Origin: a virus
Taxonomy: Duplodnaviria; Caudoviricetes
Length of the DNA stretch: 24,846 nucleotides
Reading direction: 5' to 3' (one strand)
Virus record (IMG/VR): IMGVR_UViG_3300049208_000023
Location: 1-24,846 of that record
Positions 14,328 through 21,405 of the stretch are shown here, one piece after another. Each line of letters starts with the position of its first letter. The stretch's first letter is position 1. The notes under the pieces are model-generated. The model worked only from the letters and a program-made list of their open reading frames with translations, had not been told where the DNA came from and did not search any database. A program made the position numbers and the translations under genes.

Positions 14328-14700
14328 TCGGAGCACCTTCGATGCTGGCGATTGCTTTGTCGGTGCATGGGATCAGCTCAATTGCCTCCAGCCAAACACT
14401 TGCAACGGCTTCTGCAATCTTGCTTTGCTTTTCCTTGATGCCGTGGTTAGCAACGGCGCTCAGGCTTACCGACTCAGCGGCATGCCAGCGCCACATGCGG
14501 CGAGCGTTTTTCACGATTACTTCATTGCCAGCTTTCTGCTCGACTTCGCCAAACCAAACGCCAGCAGCGTAGGTGCGTACGATACACTTCTTGCCGATCA
14601 TCCCGCTAAGCGTTGGCTCTGCCGATGCAGCTACCTGAACCGCGCTAAACATGGCCGCAATCTGCTTCAGCTCGCCATAAGTCATGTTGTCGATATTCAA
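14311..14700 (-). CDS. DUF6948-like phage protein
   Basis: TTG start after GAGGA. 'IGKKCIVRTYAAGVWFG...NARRMWRW...SLSAVANHG...IELIPCT' is recognised from memory as this family. Confidence 0.75.
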   Translation of the reverse strand: MNIDNMTYGELKQIAAMFSAVQVAASAEPTLSGMIGKKCIVRTYAAGVWFGEVEQKAGNEVIVKNARRMWRWHAAESVSLSAVANHGIKEKQSKIAEAVASVWLEAIELIPCTDKAIASIEGAPNVKAE

Positions 14701-14745
14701 TTTGTAATCCTCTTGCTTGGTTGATTTCAGTTATTCCGCCATCGC

Positions 14746-14774
14746 ATTATTGCCCCAGCCCGCCATTGCGTCAA
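14746..14774 (-). promoter_or_regulatory. Sigma70-type promoter for the DUF6948/Gly-rich/ACP operon
   Basis: TTGACG-17 nt-AATAAT. Flanked by GCCATTGC (14762-14769) and GCCATCGC (14738-14745). Confidence 0.7.
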
Positions 14775-14789
14775 GCTGTTTCAGGCAAT

Positions 14790-14817
14790 AAAAAAGGCGA
14801 CCGGTTATGGCCGCCTT
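14790..14817 (-). terminator. Intrinsic terminator
   Basis: Minus strand AAGGCGGCC-ATAACC-GGTCGCC followed by TTTTTT. Confidence 0.8.
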
Positions 14818-14982
14818 GCTGTGGCTTCTTTATCAGGAATCTCGCTAATGCTTTACACGGCATAAGGGCTGGATTGGTCTAGCCAATCTTTCTAACCGTG
14901 TACCCTTGGGAGCGCTGCCCCGCGCTTCAAGCCTATCCTCTTCGCCAGCGCCGTGATTGTAGGCCACGGCACTGGCGCTGGC
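14818..14982 (-). ncRNA. Structured intergenic RNA candidate
   Basis: 12-bp stem 14944-14976 with a G-U pair on the minus strand, a possible loop pseudoknot with 14931-14935, and further stems 14854-14902. No ORF. Confidence 0.4.
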
Positions 14983-14985
14983 AAT

Positions 14986-15300
14986 TCACTTGATGCGCAA
15001 GCCTAAGCCTGTTTTCTCTATTGCGGCGCGGCATCTGTCGTATTGCTTGCATGCTCCGGTAATTTCGCTGTCACTGTATGAATAATCCATATAAGGCGAC
15101 TTTAACGGAATCTCCATAGCGTCAAGCGCAGCATTAAATCCAATCCATGCATCATGTAAGCACTGCTCAACATAAGTGTTGTATAGCGGATCGCTTTTCG
15201 GCAATGCATCGCGCCGATAGTGGAAGCGAGCGCCAGGCCAGTGCGTCACTATCTTATCCTCAAACAACTTTCTACGGGCTTCCTCAACTGATTGCGTCAT
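14986..15300 (-). CDS. Phage hypothetical protein
   Basis: Start MTQSVEEARRKLFE follows GGAG. Contains 'AWIGFNAA...CRAAIEKTGL'. Confidence 0.7.
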   Translation of the reverse strand: MTQSVEEARRKLFEDKIVTHWPGARFHYRRDALPKSDPLYNTYVEQCLHDAWIGFNAALDAMEIPLKSPYMDYSYSDSEITGACKQYDRCRAAIEKTGLGLRIK

Positions 15301-15601
15301 CTGCTTTCTCCAACTTATACGGTTGCAAGTCGTTAAGATCGGCGGCAAGTCGAGAGCGAAAGCTATCTTCTCCATCATCACCAGATATCAGCCAATCAAT
15401 GCGCTGTGCGTATATGTAAGCCTCGCGCAGTTTGTTTGCCGCAATCTTGAATGCCTCGACAATATCAGGCGGATATTCCTGATAGCGCAAATCGCCGTAT
15501 TGGTCGCGATCTTGTGAGCCGTTGTTAAGAATCAGACTGTCTATCTCATCAGCCATCTGAGTGATTTTGTATTGGTCATAATCGAAGTGTCCGCCGCTCA
15601 T
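15284..15601 (-). CDS. Phage hypothetical protein ('MSGGHFDY...RIDWLISGDDGEDSF' family)
   Basis: 105 aa, coupled. These motifs recur in phage proteins. Confidence 0.8.
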   Translation of the reverse strand: MSGGHFDYDQYKITQMADEIDSLILNNGSQDRDQYGDLRYQEYPPDIVEAFKIAANKLREAYIYAQRIDWLISGDDGEDSFRSRLAADLNDLQPYKLEKADDAIS

Positions 15602-15837
15602 GCTGTCGCCCTCATAAGTTGCTCATTCTTAGCCTTGCGCAATTCCGCCCTGCGCTCTTGGCAGACCAAATATGCGCGAGTCTCGAGAGAAAGCCAACGC
15701 GCATCGGATATATAGCCCAGGTCTCGCATCGCCTTTAGATAACCGAATGCCTCGGCTCTTTCCGCATCCGGCCAGTCGCTTAGCTTTATTTTTCCTATCG
15801 CAAGCTCGATAAGTGCGGATGGATTTGGCGCGGTCAT
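15598..15837 (-). CDS. Hypothetical protein
   Basis: 79 aa with ATGA overlaps. Confidence 0.7.
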   Translation of the reverse strand: MTAPNPSALIELAIGKIKLSDWPDAERAEAFGYLKAMRDLGYISDARWLSLETRAYLVCQERRAELRKAKNEQLMRATA

Positions 15838-16094
15838 TGTTCGCGAGCCTTTAGCATTGCGTCAGCCATAGCGTAAGCAGCGGTAGCAACCAAGGAAGAA
15901 GGCTGCACAAGTTCGCGCTTGCCAGCTTGGTCGAAAGCGGAAATAGTTGTTTGATCGGATAGAATTCCTTGCATGGCCTTGGCTGCTAAATAATCTCGCA
16001 AACTCATGCCGTTGCAATCATGGCGCGATGTTCCTGCGTATTCAGCATTGCTGTCGGCCAGCGGAAACGCAGGCCCGCCATCATTCTTGCTCAT
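15834..16094 (-). CDS. Phage protein of the 'GGPAFP...GMSLRDYFAAKAMQG' family
   Basis: MSKNDGGPAFP...GMSLRDYLAAKAMQG...AYAMADAMLKAR. AGGAG RBS. Confidence 0.85.
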   Translation of the reverse strand: MSKNDGGPAFPLADSNAEYAGTSRHDCNGMSLRDYLAAKAMQGILSDQTTISAFDQAGKRELVQPSSLVATAAYAMADAMLKAREQ

Positions 16095-16467
16095 TGCTTT
16101 CTCCTTTCGCCTTGGCGATTGCTGCACTGTTACGCGCTATATGCACGTCAAGAACATGGCAGACCTCTGGATTTTCACAGGCGTGCCGCTTTGTTCTTAG
16201 CAGCAGGGTTGAAGCCTCAAGCGCTTCAAGCAGGTCAGGCGCAGCCCTGTGCACAAGATCAATACGCTTGTTATTTTCTTCCCGCTCAACTCTCCGCCTG
16301 ATAGCCGCCATAGCCTCACCGTGATCCGCATAAATCTTGCTGTAGCTGGTTTCTTTGGCGTCACGACGACCATTGCTGCGAACGTAAAAGCTAGCAGTCT
16401 CGCGCGCGTACTCTTTGCGCTCAGGCGCTTTTGAATACCGACGCACTTCCCACGCAATAATGCTCAT
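16081..16467 (-). CDS. Phage accessory protein with 'AAPDLLEAL...AAIAKAKGE' C-terminus
   Basis: 128 aa with a recurrent phage C-terminal module. Confidence 0.8.
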   Translation of the reverse strand: MSIIAWEVRRYSKAPERKEYARETASFYVRSNGRRDAKETSYSKIYADHGEAMAAIRRRVEREENNKRIDLVHRAAPDLLEALEASTLLLRTKRHACENPEVCHVLDVHIARNSAAIAKAKGESNEQE

Positions 16468-16880
16468 TCCCGATCCTCCCTTACTGACTCCAGATATTCC
16501 CCGACGAACGGGGCGACAATCTCTTCTGCCGCCTCTTGAATGGCGTCTTTACTCACCAGCATGTACAGCGCGCGCTTAGCCGCATCCAAATTCCCACCGG
16601 CTACGGCGTGTAGGATTTGGCCGAGCGCACCATCTTGGTCGGTTTCGTGGGCTGCCAAAGCCATGCCGGCTAGTTTGTCGGCCAGCAGATACGATTCAAC
16701 GCGTACCATGCCGCCTATCTTCAAGTCACGCCCGGTCACAAGATCATCAGCCGCGCAGTGCAACCAGTTCAATCCATCCGCTGTTTGCAGGAATGGCACG
16801 CTATCGTCCGGTGCTGCATTGTCATATGCAGCCTGGCCTGCCTTGAGCGCAGCTGCGTTGTTGCGCTCTAGGCGGCTCAC
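16464..16880 (-). CDS. Phage hypothetical protein
   Basis: 138 aa. GTG start overlaps the upstream stop; GAGG RBS. Confidence 0.75.
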   Translation of the reverse strand: MSRLERNNAAALKAGQAAYDNAAPDDSVPFLQTADGLNWLHCAADDLVTGRDLKIGGMVRVESYLLADKLAGMALAAHETDQDGALGQILHAVAGGNLDAAKRALYMLVSKDAIQEAAEEIVAPFVGEYLESVREDRE

Positions 16881-17074
16881 TTTGCCACCTCGAAAACTGG
16901 GCGGCGAGCCATGACTGGCGCAGACAAGCTGCCATCCTCATTAACCAAGCGAACAGCAGCCCAGATAAAGCCGCCAAAGACAGACATTTCCGAGTTATGG
17001 ATGACAACCTTTGCCGGGTAACTGATGTATGTGTTGTGGCTCTCAAGCAGCGTCATGATTTCCATTTGGTGCAT
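16877..17074 (-). CDS. Hypothetical protein, first gene of the leftward arm (start 17074 or 17065)
   Basis: 65-aa ORF downstream of the leftward promoter. AAGGA lies just upstream of the second ATG. Confidence 0.6.
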   Translation of the reverse strand: MHQMEIMTLLESHNTYISYPAKVVIHNSEMSVFGGFIWAAVRLVNEDGSLSAPVMARRPVFEVAK

Positions 17075-17097
17075 CCTTGGTTCGTTTCGACGTGATC

Positions 17098-17177
17098 AGT
17101 ATACCCAATCTGCCATTGCATGCAAGCGCGAGAATCGTAAATATTCCGCTTGCTTTGCCATTGCATGATGCTAGTAT
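17098..17177. promoter_or_regulatory. Divergent promoter pair with two identical 12-bp sites
   Basis: Leftward TTGCAT-16-TATACT (17125-17098) and rightward TTGCTT-16-TAGTAT with TGn (17150-17177). TGCCATTGCATG occurs at 17111-17122 and 17156-17167. Confidence 0.75.
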
Positions 17178-17211
17178 GTGATGACGCAAATCAACCGAAA
17201 GGATCAGCAAA

Positions 17212-17424
17212 ATGAGTGAGTTTAAACGAGGCGACAAGATAACCGTAAAAGGCAACAGCTACGGCAGCCATTGGTTTCTGGGGCATCTTCCAAAGGGTTA
17301 CGAAGGCCGTAAGTGCAAGATGGTCAAGATTGTCCACTCAAGCACGAACGAAAGCTGCTTTGAGGATGTTAAGTGCGGCATTCTGCGCGCAGTTCGACTT
17401 GTTGACGTGAGGGCAGCGAAATGA
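17212..17424 (+). CDS. Hypothetical protein, first gene of the rightward arm
   Basis: 70 aa with AAGGA RBS. SH3-like start 'FKRGDKITVK'. Confidence 0.7.
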   Translation: MSEFKRGDKITVKGNSYGSHWFLGHLPKGYEGRKCKMVKIVHSSTNESCFEDVKCGILRAVRLVDVRAAK

Positions 17425-17957
17425 CCGACCACACCACCCAACAATTCTGGGATCAATACGCCAAGCCCGGCGCGACTCACTACAACCCTGAGACAAAGGA
17501 CTGGTATCGCGTCGAAGGTGATACCGCTCTGGCATGGGCTACCGTAGAGGGCGGCTGGGTTAACGCCGCTTGCTGGCATGAGCGCAAGCATCTGTGTGTG
17601 GCGCGGCCAGTGGCGCAGTGGGATGGCGAGGGCAATGCGCCGGCTGGAACGTCTTGCGAAATGACGCATGTTAGTTGGCGCGAGCGCGGCTGGGCAAAGG
17701 TAATCGTTAATTACATGAGCGACACGTATGCGATTACTTCTGACGAATGCGGCGAGCAGCATTGGCATCGTCGCGATGTTATTTTCCGCGCAATGCCAAC
17801 ACCCGCCCAGCTAGCAGCAGAAAAGCGCGAGGCTGAGATTGACGCCATCTGCTATGACATTACGCTGCACTACGGCAACCCTAAAGGCTCAGAGCATTAC
17901 CTTGGTCTTGCAACTAAGCTGCATAACCTGGGCTATCGCAAACCGGAGAAAGAATAA
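17421..17957 (+). CDS. Phage hypothetical protein ('GATHY...WDGEG.P..G..CE' family)
   Basis: 178 aa ending 'GYRK', a recurrent gammaproteobacterial phage module. Confidence 0.8.
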   Translation: MTDHTTQQFWDQYAKPGATHYNPETKDWYRVEGDTALAWATVEGGWVNAACWHERKHLCVARPVAQWDGEGNAPAGTSCEMTHVSWRERGWAKVIVNYMSDTYAITSDECGEQHWHRRDVIFRAMPTPAQLAAEKREAEIDAICYDITLHYGNPKGSEHYLGLATKLHNLGYRKPEKE

Positions 17958-18184
17958 TGGGCGGCGATAGAACAATAACCGCCGCGACTGTAAATCTTAC
18001 TGTCGAGCTTTTCGACTTAGGCACTTTCGGCCCCGGCTCAAGTATTGCGCAGGCGAAAGAAGCGGCGGCGATCCGGCTTAGTAAATTGCTCGGCATTGAA
18101 GTTACGCCATCTCAACTTCGCATTGATTCCGTATCAACTAAATCAGGCGAGACAACAAGTAAATTCACGAGGATTTATCCATGA
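17957..18184 (+). CDS. Hypothetical protein
   Basis: 75 aa with TAATG overlap and GGAG RBS. Confidence 0.65.
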   Translation: MGGDRTITAATVNLTVELFDLGTFGPGSSIAQAKEAAAIRLSKLLGIEVTPSQLRIDSVSTKSGETTSKFTRIYP

Positions 18185-18369
18185 AACCCGTAAACCTAGA
18201 TATTCCAAACGAAGTCCGCGCAGGCGTTGAGTTCTTAAAGCGCCACATGGCTGACGTTATCGAACTTGCGCAACTTCAAGCCAAGGTTAAGAAGGCGACT
18301 TATGACGCGCTTATTGCGGAAGGGTTTACCGAAGATCAAGCGCTTGAGTTATGCACGGAGATTTACTAA
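18181..18369 (+). CDS. Phage hypothetical protein ('YDALIAEGFTEDQALELC')
   Basis: 62 aa with GAGGA RBS and ATGA overlap. Confidence 0.75.
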   Translation: MKPVNLDIPNEVRAGVEFLKRHMADVIELAQLQAKVKKATYDALIAEGFTEDQALELCTEIY

Positions 18370-18506
18370 TGGTCGTATTCGTGATCGTAGTTTCAACACT
18401 ACTGGCAGTCGGCACATTTACTTATGCGCTGCTTAATATCAACAGCTCATATGACAAGGATATGGGTTTGGAGTCTGAGGATAGGGAGAAAGAGGATGAG
18501 CAATGA
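18369..18506 (+). CDS. 45-aa single-pass membrane protein (not in ORF track)
   Basis: MVVFVIVVSTLLAVGTFTYALLNINSSYDKDMGLESEDREKEDEQ. TAATG overlap and GGAG RBS. Confidence 0.65.
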   Translation: MVVFVIVVSTLLAVGTFTYALLNINSSYDKDMGLESEDREKEDEQ

Positions 18507-18735
18507 TCTTGTTAAGCATGCCGTTGCTGTTCTTCCATATTGGCCGCCAGGCGTTTCCAGAATAAAGGTTTCCAGGGGAGGCGACTGGATGTTCAATATC
18601 TCCAGCATTGAAGATAGTGTGCGTTACGAATCTGAACTTGCATTCAATCGGCTTGGGCGTGGAGCTAAGAATTATTCAGGCTTGTCATGCACCCATCATC
18701 AGTTCCAATCTCTAAAGAATAAGGATAAGCAATGA
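18496..18735 (+). CDS. Hypothetical protein
   Basis: Start MSNDLVKH follows a purine-rich RBS. 79 aa. Confidence 0.65.
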   Translation: MSNDLVKHAVAVLPYWPPGVSRIKVSRGGDWMFNISSIEDSVRYESELAFNRLGRGAKNYSGLSCTHHQFQSLKNKDKQ

Positions 18736-19193
18736 CAACTTCGCCAGTTGCATCAATCACCGACGACCTCTTGGCCGAGCTTGAGCAGTTGGCAGGCAAG
18801 GCGACTCCGGGTCCGTGGCAGCATGTGCCGGGGGACGATGACCCGGATTCTTCTTGGTCGATGCAATTCCCGATTGTCACTTCAGATATCCGCGAAGTTA
18901 TTGGAACTGAGGGTTTTTACAGCGAAAAAGACATTGATGAGGCAAACGCTGCATTTGTCGCCAGCGCCAACCCCGCCACAATCCTAGCCCTACTCCAGCA
19001 TGTGCGCGAGTTGACTAAGGATCGTGAGCGCTTGGATAACCTCGACAAGCTTTGCGAGGCTTACGGCTTTGAGGTTCACGAAGGCAATCGATGGGTGCTT
19101 GACGGGCCATTCCGAAACGTCCGCGACGCCATTGATTCTCTGCCTGATGACGCAGACCGTAGTAGCACTAACAGCAGTGGTGACGAATCATGA
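18732..19193 (+). CDS. Ead/Ea22-like protein
   Basis: 'LEQLAGKATPGPW' and 'ANAAFVASANPATILALL' signature motifs. Confidence 0.85.
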   Translation: MTTSPVASITDDLLAELEQLAGKATPGPWQHVPGDDDPDSSWSMQFPIVTSDIREVIGTEGFYSEKDIDEANAAFVASANPATILALLQHVRELTKDRERLDNLDKLCEAYGFEVHEGNRWVLDGPFRNVRDAIDSLPDDADRSSTNSSGDES

Positions 19194-19432
19194 TCCTGCG
19201 CAGGCTTGAAGGCCTCACAGGTACAGGGCCAATCGACAACCTTGTCATGTATGAGGCTGATATCGAATGCCCTTGCTGCGGCTACTGGGACGTTTGGCAT
19301 ATCCCGGCACAGAAAGGCACCTGCCACTCCGGGCAGTTTGAAAACTCAAGCATTGAGTATTTCTGGTGCGAGGAATGCGACGCCTATTTGACGGACAAGG
19401 AACCTAGCGCCACCAATGAGGATAAGCAATGA
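19190..19432 (+). CDS. Zinc-ribbon protein
   Basis: CPCC...CEEC motifs. ATGA overlap. Confidence 0.7.
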   Translation: MILRRLEGLTGTGPIDNLVMYEADIECPCCGYWDVWHIPAQKGTCHSGQFENSSIEYFWCEECDAYLTDKEPSATNEDKQ

Positions 19433-19743
19433 CAATCACAGAAGAATTAATTGCATCGATTTACAACAAGTGCGAATCAGCGGAGAAGTCTGGTGGCGCT
19501 GAAGTTAAGTTTACAATCAAAGAGGTTATGGAGTTTCTAGATGAATTAGTAGATTTAAAAGACGACGCTGATAGATTCAGATGGCTAGTGGAAGATCCAA
19601 ATAGAGAGGATATGCCTGATGGTTATGTTTGGTGCGTAGAGAAAAGCGAAGACGGCATATGCCACGCTGGCTACGGCGATGACCTTGTTGATGCAATTGA
19701 TTGCGCAATGGATGCTGCGCATACCAGAGGTCAGTTTAAATGA
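19429..19743 (+). CDS. Acidic phage accessory protein ('DADRFRWL...AIDCAM')
   Basis: 104 aa with GAGGA RBS and a recurrent DAxRYRWL...AIDAAM module. Confidence 0.75.
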   Translation: MTITEELIASIYNKCESAEKSGGAEVKFTIKEVMEFLDELVDLKDDADRFRWLVEDPNREDMPDGYVWCVEKSEDGICHAGYGDDLVDAIDCAMDAAHTRGQFK

Positions 19744-19892
19744 CCATCACCGAACAACGAATCAAGGCCGAACTTGAAGCATTTATCGACTGGCCGACTG
19801 AAGACCGGTCATACATCACAACTGCAAGCTGCCTGATCTTTGCGAAGGTAATCGCCGGCATGGTTGAGGTTACGCGTTCTCATGGTCTGTGA
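19740..19892 (+). CDS. 50-aa hypothetical protein (not in ORF track)
   Basis: MTITEQRIKAELEAFIDWPTEDRSYITTASCLIFAKVIAGMVEVTRSHGL. ATGA overlap and GAGG RBS. Confidence 0.65.
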   Translation: MTITEQRIKAELEAFIDWPTEDRSYITTASCLIFAKVIAGMVEVTRSHGL

Positions 19893-19954
19893 GTCGCGGC
19901 GCGTTCCTCTCGCCACCCATGCTCCCAAGTAGGGCTTTTTATTGAGGTGCATTT

Positions 19955-20623
19955 ATGCAGCTGACTACCGCCAATATCACCATGTCCAGCCGGGAAATTG
20001 CAAAGCTGGTTGACTCCCGCCATTCCGATGTTGTCCGCACAATTGATCGTTTAATTGATCGCGGCGTAGTTTCAGGGTGTGCGCCGTCAGCGTATACCCA
20101 CGAACAGAACGGCCAGACCTACATGGAATACCTTGTCAGTAAGCGCGACAGCTATGTGATAGTCGCTCAACTCTGCCCAGAGTTCACCGCGCGCCTTGTT
20201 GACCGCTGGCAAGAGCTTGAGCAGCAGGTTATTCAAGTTCCTACCACGCTATCAGGCGCACTTCGTCTTGCAGCAGAACAAGCCGAGCAGATTGAACGGC
20301 AGCAAGCGCTAATCGAGCAGCAGAAGCCCGCAGTGCAATTTGTTGAGAGCTATGTGCAGTCGGAAGGATTACTAGGCTTTCGGCAAGTGGCGAAGCTCCT
20401 ACAGGCCAATGAGCGGCAGTTCCGTCAGATGCTGCTAGATCAAGGCGTTATGTACTACCTTGCCGGCGCGCTAACGCCAATGGCTGCCCATATAAATGCA
20501 GGCCGCTTTGAGGTTAAGACCGGCACCAGCGAAAACGAGCACGCTTACACGCAGGCCAAATTCACCCCTAAAGGCGTTCAATGGGTGGCTGGTCTGTGGG
20601 CTGCTCACAAGATGGGCGCTTAG
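19955..20623 (+). CDS. Phage antirepressor-like protein (Rha N-terminal plus KilAC/ANT C-terminal domain)
   Basis: 'TMSSREIAKLVDSRHSDVVRTI', 'FTARLVDRWQELE', 'PTTLSGALRLAAE' and 'KFTPKGVQWV'. Confidence 0.9.
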   Translation: MQLTTANITMSSREIAKLVDSRHSDVVRTIDRLIDRGVVSGCAPSAYTHEQNGQTYMEYLVSKRDSYVIVAQLCPEFTARLVDRWQELEQQVIQVPTTLSGALRLAAEQAEQIERQQALIEQQKPAVQFVESYVQSEGLLGFRQVAKLLQANERQFRQMLLDQGVMYYLAGALTPMAAHINAGRFEVKTGTSENEHAYTQAKFTPKGVQWVAGLWAAHKMGA

Positions 20624-20625
20624 CG

Positions 20626-21405
20626 ATGCACTACTACAGCCATAACGTTGGCGACTACAGGCGAGACACAAGCCATTTGAGCATGCTTGAGCACGGAGCT
20701 TACAGGCAGCTTATGGATACTTACTACCTGACAGAAAAGCCTTTAACGCTAGTGCATGCGGATTTAATGCGAACGCATTGCGCTCGCAGTGCGGATGAGG
20801 TGCAAGCTGTAGAAAACGTGCTTAGAGACTTCTTTGTCAGGACGGATGAGGGCTACATTCACAAGCGTTGTGATGTAGAAATCGAGGCGTTCCATGCTAA
20901 ATCAACCAGTGCTAGCGAGTCTGCAAAGGCCCGATGGGCGCGGGCTAAGAAAGAAAAGGAAGCGAACGCAATGCGAACGCATAGCGAAGGCAATGCTAAC
21001 CATAAACCAATAACCAATAACCATAAACCAGTTAAAAGCATTGGTGTATCTGCGCCCACTGAGGATAAGTTTCAGCTGGCGTGGAAGTCCTACCCGAAAC
21101 GAGAAGGAGCCAATCCTAAAAACAAAGCGCTGTCAGCATGGAATGCACGGATCAAGGAAGGTGTTAACCCCGACGCAATGCTTGCCGGCGTTCAGCGCTA
21201 CGAAGCATTCAGCAAAGCCAAGGGCAATATCGGAACCGGCTACGTTATGCAGGCCGTTCGATTCTTCGGAACTGAGCGCGCATTTGAGAATGAATGGGCT
21301 GTCTCTGCTGTAGCTGGAAAACCCAACGGCGTTCACCACGGCTTTGACAATATCGACTACAGCGCGGGCCTAGTAGCCCGAGAGGATGGCACCCTTGGAC
21401 TCTAA
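20626..21405 (+). CDS. Replication initiator (YdaU/DUF1376 N-terminal domain)
   Basis: MHYYSHNVGDYRRDTSHLSMLEHGAYRQLMDTYY and C-terminal 'FQLAWKSYPKR...K..ALSAW'. Precedes a DnaC-like gene. Confidence 0.88.
   Translation: MHYYSHNVGDYRRDTSHLSMLEHGAYRQLMDTYYLTEKPLTLVHADLMRTHCARSADEVQAVENVLRDFFVRTDEGYIHKRCDVEIEAFHAKSTSASESAKARWARAKKEKEANAMRTHSEGNANHKPITNNHKPVKSIGVSAPTEDKFQLAWKSYPKREGANPKNKALSAWNARIKEGVNPDAMLAGVQRYEAFSKAKGNIGTGYVMQAVRFFGTERAFENEWAVSAVAGKPNGVHHGFDNIDYSAGLVAREDGTLGL
20961..21035. repeat. Iteron-like repeats plus A/C-rich tract: probable replication origin
   Basis: GCGAACGCA at 20962 and 20973 and GCGAAGGCA at 20984 (11-bp period), followed by tandem AACCATA/AACCAAT units at 20998-21030. 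Confidence 0.7.

Noticed and set aside
14818-14985. Possible tRNA or known small ribozyme
   Set aside because: No cloverleaf with T-loop GTTCRA, and I could not place hammerhead, twister or pistol core motifs by eye.
19893-19945. Terminator/attenuator or C4-type target upstream of the antirepressor
   Set aside because: There is a T-tract but only a weak stem, and no complement to the 13333-13345 bulge was found there.
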